Both the position numbers and the translations under genes were made by a program. A stretch of 64,000 nt of DNA from Camelus dromedarius (Eukaryota): positions 64,792,001 to 64,856,000 of the forward strand of contig NC_087437.1 of the NCBI RefSeq assembly GCF_036321535.1. The letters are read 5' to 3'. Under the pieces are notes generated by a model. The model saw only the letters and a list, made by a program, of their open reading frames with translations, searched no databases and was not told the origin of the DNA. Positions 42,567 to 54,166 of this stretch are shown piece after piece. Position 1 is the stretch's first letter; every line of letters starts with the position of its first letter.

Positions 42567-43899
42567 TATTTGTTATGGACCAACTAGACCTTCCTGATTC
42601 TACTTAATGTTATGAGACAGAGGTTGTCAGGGGTCTTCTGAATTAGAAACACAGCTTTTTGAGTACCAATCATTAAGTCCTCAGCACATAAGCACTTCCT
42701 AAATATCTGATCCCCACTCCTGCTGGATACCCAGCTTCCTTTTTTATCCTTTTGTGGATTGTTCTGGTTGTTGGCAAGAAGTAAGCCACATGCATGGTCT
42801 CCAAACCAAATTATCTGGAGGTTGTTTCTAAATGACAGGGCCTGCCTCCAGGATTCTTTTCCTCTCAAAGGTCTTGGCTTGCTCCCCACTTCTTAAGCCC
42901 TTGACAGCTTCTTCTACATCCTTCCCTTTGCCCTTGTCTACCACAAAGTTATGCCCCTGAGCTCCTTAACAAATATAAAACATCAACCCTCTGAGGTTCT
43001 TACCGATGAAAAATCCTACGCATGTTACTCTGCTGGTCCTGGGTGGCAGCAGAGGTATGGCAGGTGTAATGGGCAAAGTTCTGCTTTGAGGAAGAGGAAC
43101 TAGTGAAGTGTTAATTTCTGGAAACCCAGAGCATTTTAGGAAATTTTCTTCATTAATTTCCCTCAGTACCAGACTCTACTTAAACTGCATTTGGAAAATG
43201 CAGTTTAGGGGAAGGAATTGCTAGTAGAGAACTCAGGGAGTCTTCCATAACCCTCCCTTCTTCGAATCTCTGGGTCAGTTAAGGCAAGTAAAAGCAATGT
43301 CCTGTAGGGAGTGTGCTCCCGACCTCGAGGTCCACCTCGGTGAAAGACCTGTGAAGACAGCAGGGGTGGTGCCAGCAAGGAACACTGGAGATTAAGTAAT
43401 GCGGGCAGTGGTGGTGACGTCATTTTCTTTTGGTATTTTCATTAGGAAGGAGGTGGGATAAAGAATTGAAAGGAGGGGATGGAAGAAGTAGAGTAGAAAA
43501 AGATACGGATAAAAAACAAGGGAGGTATGAATAGACACAAATGTTAGTATGGGAATACCTCTAGAAGATAAATTGTATTTGACTTAAAAAAAATCTATTG
43601 AAACTATAATCTTAAAATAATTTGAAAAAATAATAAAAGATTCCTTCAAACTGGTACTTCTTTTTTCTCCCCAAGCAACATGGCGGCAAGTGACAGGGCC
43701 GGGGACTGACACCTAATCTGGCGCCACTGAGGCCAGGTCCGCAAGGCAGCTGGAGGCTTGGGGTAAGGATCTGCGAGGGGAATTATGGACCAGGAGGATG
43801 GGTGCTGACACTGTGGCTCCCTTTGCATATACATACATAGTAGAAAACTGCCTGTTCCCTTATGAACACACGGAAAGGGAGTTCTTTCTGACCGCATCA

Positions 43900-44700
43900 C
43901 AGGCAGAAAAAAGGCGGAGGCACAAGACACCACCACAGCCGCGTCTTGGTGCGCACTCCCGTTCATCCGCGAAGGCGACCCACAGCCCCTTTCTGAGGAC
44001 TGGTAAGCCCTAGGTCCTGCAACCTGGGCCCCGACTTCCCCCATACAGCGCGCGCGTGTTCTCGGGGCGGAGCTGCTCCGCGTGCGCCCCTCGCTTAGCC
44101 CGAGGGCCCGCCGCCCCCAGACCCATTGGCCCCTAGACCCACCACTGCCCCTCCCCCACCGGGACACTTTCTGCTCGCCCTCCTCGCCGCCCTTGGTCCT
44201 ACCTGGCGCCCCGGCCCCGGTTCCCTCCCCGGGGGCAGCACGGCTCGTCGGTCCTGGGTCTCCACGACGCGCACTCAAGACGGCGCGCAGGGCCCGCTCC
44301 CAATGCGGAGGTCACGGCCTCGGAGAGGCGCCCGCCCTCGGGTCCGGCCCCCGTAGCCCCCGCAGACCCTCTGGGCGGCTGCCGCCGCCCGGGCCTTGGA
44401 GCTCCGCCCCTCTCCCGCTCCCCGCCCGCCCACCCCCTCGGGGTCCGGGACAGTGGAGCCCAGCTCCCCTCGGAGTCGCTCCCGGGCTGCTCTCTAACCC
44501 TCCACCCCCGGCAGCTCCGGCTCCCTCACCAGCTTCCCAGCCCGGGTCGAGGTGAGAGGATTCCTCTGGGGCCCGGCGCTGAGGGCCACGCGTCGGGTCT
44601 GGTTCCCGGGGCGGCGGGCCCCTCTCTTGGGTCTTCTGTTCCTTCCAGTGCGGCGCGGGGAGTTCCCCGACCCCAGGTCCTGCTCCTAAGGTCGGAGAGA
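43900..44700. promoter_or_regulatory. CpG island / GC-rich promoter P2 of CASR
   Basis: Very high GC and CpG density. GC box GGGGCGGAGC (minus, 44401-44410) and kappaB-like GGGAGTTCCC (44658-44667). Overlaps exon 1B, consistent with the known GC-rich, Sp1-type P2. Confidence 0.9.
44203..44400 (-). other. CASR: CASR non-coding exon 1B (5' end approximate)
   Basis: Minus strand reads GAGCGGGCCCTGCGCGCCGTCTTGAG...TCGTGGAGACCCAGG...GCCGGGGCGCCAG|GTAGGA, resembling human exon 1B as recalled. Canonical donor at 44203/44202, inside the CpG island. Confidence 0.85.
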
Positions 44701-44854
44701 CCCTCCTTCCCTCCTCCTTGGAGATGGAAAGAGGCTTTACTATTTGTGGGTTTACGACTCTGCCAACGTTCTCTGTGCCAAGAATGGGAAACTTCTGATA
44801 AAAGGCCGGAGAATCACAGTAAAATAAATAGAAATAGCGTGCTAAAATTCTTGC

Positions 44855-44987
44855 TCATTCTGCAAGACTCAGGTCAAGCGCTGCCTAGCTGCGAGACCTC
44901 CTCGGTGCTCGCAAACAGCTCCCTCCTTCCTCACTCCTGCGCGAAAGGGTGCTGCAGTCCTCCCTGGCCAGAGGCTGACACCTGTTG
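44855..44987 (-). other. CASR: CASR non-coding exon 1A homologue (may extend upstream to ~45280)
   Basis: Minus strand reads CAACAGG...CCCTTTCGCGCAGGAG...GGAAGGAGGGAGCTGTTTGC...GCTTGACCTGAGTCTTGCAGAATGA, closely resembling the recalled 5' end of human CASR exon 1A mRNA. It is followed by GCAAGA rather than a GT donor. Confidence 0.85.
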
Positions 44988-45179
44988 CATACCATTTCCT
45001 CTACCCGACCTGACCGTTCGCTTCTTGAACACCGGGACCGGTTTGCCTTGCTCATCCCTGTCCTCAGTCCCTGGCATGGCACCTGCCACCTATCAGGGCC
45101 TCGAATATTTTATGAATAAGTGGAAAATCAATTTCTTTTGTAGAAAGCCAGTTATTTCCTTTTATCCTTGAATAACACG

Positions 45180-45450
45180 TAACTCCTTTGGGTTTGCTAG
45201 TCTCTATAAAGAGCCATGAAAGTTGTTATCCTCTTTGATGAATTAATTCCGTTCTTGGGGAAATTTCCAGAACAAAATAATACTCAAGTGCAGATGTTCA
45301 TAGCAGGATCTTTTATTACAGAAAATAATAACTTAAAAAACCACAAAAAGCAAAGAAACAAAGCCAAACTGTCAACAATAGGAAATTGGTAAAGTAAATT
45401 ATGGTAGGGTTACTTAATGAGATATTATACAATCGTTAAAATGATAAACA
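45180..45450 (-). promoter_or_regulatory. Probable promoter P1 region of CASR
   Basis: AT-rich sequence upstream of exon 1A with CCAAT (minus, 45385-45389), TATA-like TAATAAAA/TATGAA (~45297-45318), kappaB-like GGGAAATTTCC (45258-45268) and an overlapping GAS-like TTTCCAGAA (45264-45272). Human P1 is known to be TATA/CCAAT-type and NF-kB/STAT responsive. Confidence 0.6.
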
Positions 45451-48400
45451 TCAAGGCAAGAGTGCCTCAAAGTGTTCTTAGAACAAGGAGGGAGCATTTA
45501 TTTACTTATTAAGTGAAAAAAAGGGAAAATATGAAGCAACATAATAAAAGTGTCTACAAAATAATAAGCCGAAAGAGTGAAAAATTGCATAGTTACCAGG
45601 CTTAACAACTTAAAGTAAAAATGCAGAATTCTTTTCTGTAAATGGAGATAACACATACCTTAAGGGGTTCTTGGATCATAATAAATGAGATATTTAAGAA
45701 AGGTGCCTGATATGTGGATACTGAGCAAAAAGTTTCCATTCTTTTGCTCCAAAGGAACACCCTCACATCTGGAGTCTCAAATACATCCTCATCCTAGCCC
45801 AGTTCTGTCCATTTGACCTCTTTCCCCTCAAATGCAGGGTAGGAGAAAGAGGTGAACAAATACTGAAGCAGCAGGTTAAAGTGAAGGGAAGAATCTAGTT
45901 AATAAGAATAAATGCCCAGTCCTCCCTCAGGTTCAAATGCCCAGCAATACAAGATCACAAAGAGGGATTTGGTTCAGCAGTAGTTCATATAAAAATATAT
46001 TAGAGATTTTTGTTGGCCAGCACAGCCTGGTCAGTGCCCAAAGGCTGAATTTATTCAAACCCAAAGCTTAACGATGCTGCAATCGTAGCCTGAGTTTATG
46101 CTCTTAAATCATCAATTTACCACCAGGGTAAACTGTTCAAATGTTTTTAAGAAAGCATCACTCTGAAGAGCTATCATTACTCCCATTTTAAAGATGAAGA
46201 AACTGAAGCTTACGGAGGTTAAAGTGGATAGGACTGGGCAGCTAGGAGGTGGCAGAACCATCACCTGAATCTGATCAGGTTGACCACTGCCAAGGTGCTT
46301 GATCACTTTATCAGTGGGTCCCAGTGTGTACACCTCCCACTAGAGGTATAGGCAGTGCTTTTGAGTGGTACACAGACATTAAGTAACAGTGGGTCACACG
46401 GTGAAAAAAGTTATGCTCTCTTCAGTTCTCTTGAGCCTGTGGATTATGTCAAGGAAGAAGTATAATTTTGGTGGTACTTTGTCTTTCTGTGGTATTACCT
46501 TGCAACACTTGCTTATTTCCTGTTCTAACAAAGAGAGAGCCTGCCTCAGGATCAGCGCCTTTGCCTAAGTTCCTAAGTTCCTAAGTAGAATTTAATATTA
46601 TCATGTTCTTTTCCTTCTGATATGATTACTTATGCTATTAATTTCTAATCGGTGTAGGTTTCACACTTACAAGGTGATGTAGTTTCTGTTTCAAGTAAAA
46701 TTACTTAGCTAAGAAAATTGGGTTATTTGAAAGTAAGATATTCAAGAACTAATAGGACTAGTGACATTTAGATATGGTAAAAATGGCAAAATGTGAGATG
46801 GTACACAAATGCCTGACATTTGGGAACTCCTGCCCCACACTCTGCTATGATCAGTAGATACAAGGTATGGTGAGGCAGGTTTCAGTTTGAACTCAGTGAG
46901 AACTTTCTGACAATCAGAGGTGTCTCAGAAGATGCAAAAGGGCTGCCTTTGGGGGTATTAACCGCATTCCCCTCACTCTGGGGTTAAAGCAGAGGTTAGA
47001 TGCTTGTTACAGATGATACCATGGGAGGTCAAATACCAGATAGGCTAAAAGCTTTATGTTTCTGCCAACCAGTAGAATCTGAGATTTTTGAAAGCAGAGC
47101 TTCCCAGGGACCTGACTACTGGAGAGACTGGATTTTGGAGTAAGGTACATTAACTCCCTTTCAGGGGCAAATTCCGTAGATGAGTTCTAAGTGAGCTCTG
47201 AGCAATAGCAGCACCACTGTGAAGTGTAACTTATGGTGCACTTGAAAATTGTTAGGGTGTTTGTTTACAGTTCATTTACTCTCTAAGTACGCTTTCTTCT
47301 GAGTAGCCTTTATTCATAACCATCCCCAAGGGCTGAGAAGATGGGGTTGGTCCTTCCTTGCCTACATCAGCATCTCCCAGCCCCAGGCTTTTGTGGTGTC
47401 TGCCTACTCCAAAGCTGCCCCTGCTGTTCGTTTTGACCCATTTTGACCAGTGTGAAAATACATGTGTGGTAAAAAAAAGGTAAACAGCATTTACAAAGTT
47501 ACTTTGGTGTAGGAAACTTACTTTGCAACCATTTAGCCTAAAATTTACGATGTATAGAGTCATGATCTGACTGCCTCTTAGTTCTAGACTATTTAGCACA
47601 TGAGATATCTTAGAGATCACTTGGGTCCATCATCACAAAGGTTAAAATCCTCTTAGGAGCTGATTTGGCAGGGAAGCAGGAGGGATAAGAGCATTCAGAT
47701 GGCCCCATGAAGGAATAACTGCCTCCCCTCAGATAACTGCATCCGGAGAAAGCTCAGACAGCTCTTTGGGTCAGAGAGCTCTTTCTTGAGGCATTCCTAG
47801 TGCCTCTTTTTCCCTCAGACTTCATATCCAATCCAACTGCAAGTCTTGTTGGCTCTAATTTCCAAATACATCCAGAATCAACCTCTTTTTCCCCACCTCC
47901 ACCACTGCTAGTTTCATCTAGGTCAGCATTATCTTACTCTAAGAGACCCTCCTAACTGGTCCCGCATTCCCCCTTGCGGAGGTCTCTGTAGTCTGTTCTT
48001 CACACAGCAACTGGACTGATAACATTTAAAACAACTTGGATGTGTCATTTCTCTGCTCAAAACCCTGTGTGTAATGGCTTCCTGTCTCATTCAGAGTAAA
48101 ACCTAGTAAAATCCATGGCCTGTGGAGGCCAGCATTATCTGGCCCCTGGCTATTTCTCTTATGTCAACTCCTACAATTTTTTCTTGGCTCCACACCCACT
48201 GTTCCCTTGCTGGTATTTGAATGTGCCCTGTCTTGGAGTCTTGGAATTTGCTTTTCTCAGTCTCGAACACTCTTCTTCTCACTTCTTTTGCTCTCTGTTC
48301 TAAGTGTTACCTTTTCGAGGCCGTCCTTTGGGATTCCTATCCCCTAATAGCATAGTGGCTCTTTCTCCCCTCTCCATCACTATTTCTTTATCCTGCTTCA

Positions 48401-51400
48401 CTATTTTTTAAGGGTATTGTAAATTTTACTGATGGTTGAGAGCAGTAAATTGAGGGGGAGGGCGTGATGGAGTCACAGAGAGATTAGAGCAAATCACAGC
48501 TGTTCATGAACTCTCAGGTGTGTCCGATTGGTCTATTTATCTGTTATTTTGCCGAAGTACCACATTGTCTTACTTATTTTGGCTTTATAATAACTTTTGA
48601 AATCTGGTACAGTAATTTCTCTAACTTTATTCTTTTTTAAGATGATCTTGGCTACCCTTGGATCTTTACATTTCCATATACGTTTTTAGAACCAGCTTGA
48701 TAACACACACACACACACACTAAATTTTTTATTGGGATTACATTAAATCTCTAGATCAGTTTTGGAGAAAACTGACATCCTTATAATATTTAGACTTCTA
48801 ATCCACAAACACGGGATATCCTTACACTTATTTAAGTCTTCTTTACTTTCTCTCACTAATAATTTATAGCTTATTTGTGTATAAGTCATGCACATGTTTT
48901 GCTAGGTTATTCCTAGATACTTGATGCTCTTTGATGCAGTTGTACTTGACATCCTTCTAAAATTGTATTCTTAATTGTTTGTTGCTGATACTTTGCTGTA
49001 TTTTTCTTAGAATACATCACCTCATTACCTGATATACTATACATTTACATGTTATGTTCTATCTCACTTACAAAATGTAAACAATGCGAGAATAGGTAAT
49101 TTTGTCCATTTTGATCACTGCTTTATCCCCAGGGCCCTAACATAATAGGGTTCATAAATATTTGTTAAATTGAATTGACTTATGTTAAGCTGAAATCTTC
49201 TTGCAACTCATGCTTCCTTCTGAAACAATACAGAATAAGTCTCCTTCTTGTGGATAGTGGGTCTTCATTTATCCCCCAGCAGCATTCTCTTCCCAAAGCC
49301 AAGTGCTTCATTAAGTTCTTTCAGCAGTTCCACATGAGGCACGTTTTAGAGACTCTTTCATTGTATTGTCTGCTTCCCTTAGTATGTTCTCTGGTTTGCC
49401 CACATTCCCTTTCAGTCTAGGCTCCCAGAATTTATCTGATCGATGCATAATGGTAAATTTACTATATTACTTTCCTGAGTTGGGTCATTTTCATTTGCTG
49501 TATCACAGTATTGATGCATAGTAAGATTGTAGTCAAACAATATCCCCCAGCCCATATTTTTGCAATAAATTTTAATTATTTTAACATAAATGGACTTAAG
49601 CTTCAGGGTCTTTTATTGGTCTGACCACTGTGAATGTAGGGATATGTTGGGAGTCGGATAAAGAGATCTAGCTCCAAGCCTGGGGTGACTGCTTTATCAT
49701 GCTAATAAATATTGATTTTTATATTTTATTTCTTTATATTTTGTATTCATACTTTTTTAAATTAAAGAAGGCCCTCCAAATTTTGTAGGCTTCAGGTCCC
49801 ATAAAACCTGGATCTGTTCTTGCTAAATTTTAACCTAGCATTCCAGTTTATTGAGATCATTTTGAGTCTTGATCCTGTCATCAGTCATATTGTTAAGCCT
49901 TTGACAAGCAGGTCCTCTTTTATATTATTTAAGTAACTTAAAACCTATAAACCTAGACAGGATTAAGGATCAGACCGTGCTGCTCTTCACTCATTTACAC
50001 CTTCGGGTAAATACCAATCCCTTTACCAACTCTATAGATATACTTGGTCAGTCAGTTGCAGAATTGCTGACTGTGTTATCACCTAGCTCTTATTTAACCA
50101 TACAAGTAACATCATTATCACGAGAGACTTGCTGAACTCAAGGAATCTAATGACACCCTCCCTGTTATAATTCTAGTAATTCTGTAAAATAAGAAATGAC
50201 AACTTGTATTGATGAACTCAATGACTCTTCATTCTAAATACTAAAAAAGAGTTTAATTTTTGAAAAATTTTGCCTGAATTCAGCACCTATCTTATTTGTC
50301 TTTTGTGTCCAGAATTCATTTGTTGCCCCTTATTTGAAAATAAGGGGAGTATTTGTCTTCTTTATCCATGCTTTATGGTTTCTCTGTGTTGTATACGGGG
50401 ACTCTTAGATCACACGATTAAGATTTTCTATCTCATTAGAATGAGATTTTCTGGAATCTGAGGACTCAAATCTGCTTATAGGGGTTAAGTGTTTTTATTA
50501 TCTCCCCATCTACCTTAGACTGTCCTTATGATGTTAATTCTACCCTTTTCTGTTGGAGGGCCATTTTGATTAATTTAGGAGATAGAAAGAAGTAAAATAG
50601 ATCTAGAATAGCTTTTCCTTTTCTGCACAGTAAACTGCCTAGGTGTTCAGTTGGAGGAAATTTAGTTTTCCTCTCTTTGTCCCAGTCACAACAGAGAAAG
50701 AATACTCCCTTTAAGCTGCAATCCTTTAAGAATGTTAGTGTTGCTAAACTCTTCATATTTACCAGGCTCTATTGTCCTAATCCAACTTCTTGTTTCTCAT
50801 GACTCAGCACTGATAGCCTGATTATAAATTATTTTTGAATTAGCTATTCCATTTCTTTTCCATAGTTTTAATCTTACTAGGGAAAAAGAGACCACAACTC
50901 ACAAAAGTATCAGAGAATAAGAAAAAAACACACAATTGAAGTCTTTTGTTTAGCTGAACCAGCAGAAGTCCTGGGACAGACAGACACCACTCTTCAAAGG
51001 AGTGTAATTTGCGATCAGACAGCTCTCTGGACCCAAGCTGCTGACCATTACCCTTCTCCAGCTTCCATATCCACAAGAATGTTCCTTCACCTTCCCACCT
51101 CCAGGTACTAGTCTTGACACCATCTATAAACTATAGGGACTAGCTGGGCCGGTGGCAGATGTGCTGCGGAGAACATATACCCTCTCTTGACCTCTGCTTA
51201 TCTTTCCTCCTTTTCCACCTTTGCTTTTGTCTTTTCTCCCGTCTCCCCCTTTTCCAGCTTAAAGGGAAAGGGAGAGAAGTTAGAGGCGCTCCTGGGTACT
51301 AGAGAGAAGATGTATCTGAGCCAAAGAAGCAATTTACAAGTTTTCTAATTTAATGGTGGCAACAAAGGAGATCTAGGAGGTAACTTTTTAAAAACCATTA

Positions 51401-51479
51401 GAGGAAAAAAAAAAACTGAACAAAGAAAACTTGATCAAGCAACAAAAACAGGAAATAGAAAAATAAGACCCAACAAAGA

Positions 51480-53570
51480 AAGCATAGTAAATGGAGAACA
51501 TGACTGGAATAGATCCAACACATCACTAATCATAATAAATTATTAAAAGGCAGAAAGTCTCAAGTATAGTTTTAAAAGAATCCAGCTATATGCTGTTTCA
51601 AAAGACACACAAAAAATAAAATGACATAAGGAGACTTAAAACTATAGGAATAAAAAATATACCCGATAAATGCTTACAAAATACCTGATAAATGCTTACA
51701 AAAAGCTGAACCTAAAGCTGAAAACATAAAATGGAAAAAATCCATGGAGAAGATATGACAGTCATCAATTCTTTATGCATATGTCAAGTTAATTTTGAAA
51801 TAGATCTTGTATTTCTTACAACCTCAGGTGTAAAGATGAAACTTAAAAAAATTTTTATGAGTGAATTTAATTTTTGTTTCATGCTGCTAGATGGTAGAAA
51901 TGTAATCTTATTCAGTTCAGATTTTCCATACTCCATGTATACTACCTGACAAATTCTTGGAGTTGAATTTGTATTCCAGGGAACATACTTAATACCAGGG
52001 GGGCATCATTTTCTGTCTATTCCAGTGTCTGCAGAGGTGCTTGTCCCTGAAAGGTCTCTAATCATTGGTCCATGCAAATCACTGATGCGGTATTCTTCTT
52101 GTCCTCATGTCAGTGCCTCTTCAGGTCCAACTCTCACTGTGTTATCTCTATGTCCTTCTGGGGAAAATTTGGAAAACTCTACAACACTGTATGAAATACT
52201 TGCCTAGTCAGTGAATGTAGCCACCTCTACACTACTGCTCCCATTCCGTATTTCATGCTAGAGAACTTTTGAGTATTTGCCCCTTCTTCAAGCTTCACCT
52301 AGGAAGCAACATGCATGTCCTCTCTGATCTTGGATCCTTCAACCATGCCTGGAGTTTTTAGTGCATCCTCTAACTATGGTAAGTTATCCTAGAGTGGGGA
52401 GGGGCAAGGGAGCTGGCCAGTTTCTCAAGGGGATACGCAAGTATACAATTCTCTTAATTCCTTTCCAGTCTCTTAATACTAGCCCAAGGAATGCTGATCT
52501 AGTCTGAGGCAGTAAAAACTAGCAATTATAATGTCAGGAATTCTTGCAAATTTATTTTATGCCTTGAGCCTCTAATCCATGCCTTTGAAACCCCGGCATG
52601 TGCAACTCAGAATCTTTTCACTGATACTGAACTTTTTCTTCCATTTCTCTGTAACAGACTTCCTCCATCAAAGCAATGAAGGATTGAAAGTCTCGTTTCA
52701 ATGGGGGAAGAAATACTAGGAAAAGAGACATTACCAAGAGCAAAAAGCACATCAGCTAATATAACAAAAATTATCTTGAAACATATAAAAAATATGTATT
52801 AGAAGCACAAAGATAATTGTCAAGTTGACATTCATAGAGGGAGAATTAAGACATCTTTTTAAAGAAATTAAAAGATCAAGTAGATTTAAAAAACGAGTAA
52901 GAACATAGCATATATGAGTAATACAACTGAGTGTAATTAAATGCACACGCATATGTATAAAAGCTTATAGTCAATAGATAATATTAATTCTTCTTGGTTG
53001 CTGCTAGAATATATATATTTTAATTGACCATGTATTAGATCACAAAGAAAATCTCAACAAATTCTCCAAAGTAGACCTGATAAAAGTCACATTTCTTAAC
53101 TATAATAAAATAATTAAAAAAACCACACATTTAAACTCTTTACAGTGGGATATTAACAAAATATTATTCTAAATAACACTTAGGTTAAAGAAGAAATAAA
53201 AGCTGACATTATAGATTATTTAGCAATATATAGAACATATAAAAACCTGTTGAATTTAGCCAAAGCATTATTCAGAGAAAAACTTATACTATTAAATTTT
53301 CTCCTTGAAAAAAAGACTAAACATAAAGTAACTGAACATTTAAGTCCATAATAGACAATAAATAGTCTAAAAATGTAGAGGACCGGAATTAATAGAAGTT
53401 GAAGACAGAAATTAAATACAAACATGCAAAAAAAAAAAAATCCAGTGTTTCAATTAAATTAGATACTATTTTTTCCTGAGAAAGCCAATAAAATAGATAA
53501 ATGTTGCCAATCAAAAAAGACAAAAAAAATCATAAAATCATTAGAAACAAAAAAGTACACATACCTACAA
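51480..53570 (+). mobile_element. Fragmented old L1M ORF2 remnants, interrupted by other sequence
   Basis: A-rich decayed L1 strings aatccagctatatgctgt, cacaaagaaaatctcaacaaatt and ctaaataacacttaggttaaagaagaaat. Boundaries approximate. Confidence 0.55.
51659..51702. repeat. Tandem duplication, 2 x 22 bp
   Basis: atacccgataaatgcttacaaa / atacctgataaatgcttacaaa, differing by one CpG>TpG change. Confidence 0.9.
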
Positions 53571-53573
53571 TGA

Positions 53574-54166
53574 TTTTTTAGTATTTTTATTGACATATAG
53601 TCAGTTTACAATGTTGTATAAATTAGTATACAGCACAATACTTCTGTCATATAGGAACATACATATATTTGTTTTCATATTCTTTTTCACCATAAGTTAT
53701 TACAAGACACTGAATATAGTTCCTTGTGCTATACAATATAAACTTGTTGTTTATCTATTTTATGTATATTAGTTAGTATCTGCAAATCTCAAACTCCCAA
53801 TTTATCCCTTGCCACCTCTTTCTACCTCTTATAACCCTAAGTTTGTTTTCTGTGTCTGTGAGTCTGTTACCGTTCTGTAAATAAGTTCATTTGTCTTTTT
53901 TTTTAGATTCCACATATAAGCGATATCATATGGTATTTTTCTTTCTCTTTCTGGCTTACTTCACTTAGAATAACATTCTCCATGTCCATCCATGTTACTG
54001 CAAATGGCATTATTTTATTATTTTTTACGGCTAAGTAGTATTCCATTGTATAAATATACCACAGCTTCTTTATCCAGTCATCTGTTGATGGATATTTAGG
54101 TTGTTTTCATGTCTTGGCTATTATAAATAGTGCTGCTATGAACATTGGGGTGCATGTGTCCTTTTG
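53574..54166 (-). mobile_element. LINE-1 3' end (ORF2 end and 3'UTR), related to the 34.3 kb copy
   Basis: Reverse complement closely parallels 34960-35500 (aagtgaagtaagccagaaagagaaagaaaaataccatatga...tagcacaaggaactatatt). T-rich tail at the left end. Confidence 0.92.

Noticed and set aside
43646..44555. Long ORFs (210 aa minus, 157 aa plus) in the promoter CpG island
   Set aside because: Low-complexity G/P/R/A translations are expected from stop-poor GC-rich DNA, and there is no recognisable domain.
44500..45800. Vitamin D response elements reported for human P1/P2
   Set aside because: I could not identify a convincing DR3-type motif by eye, so none was annotated.
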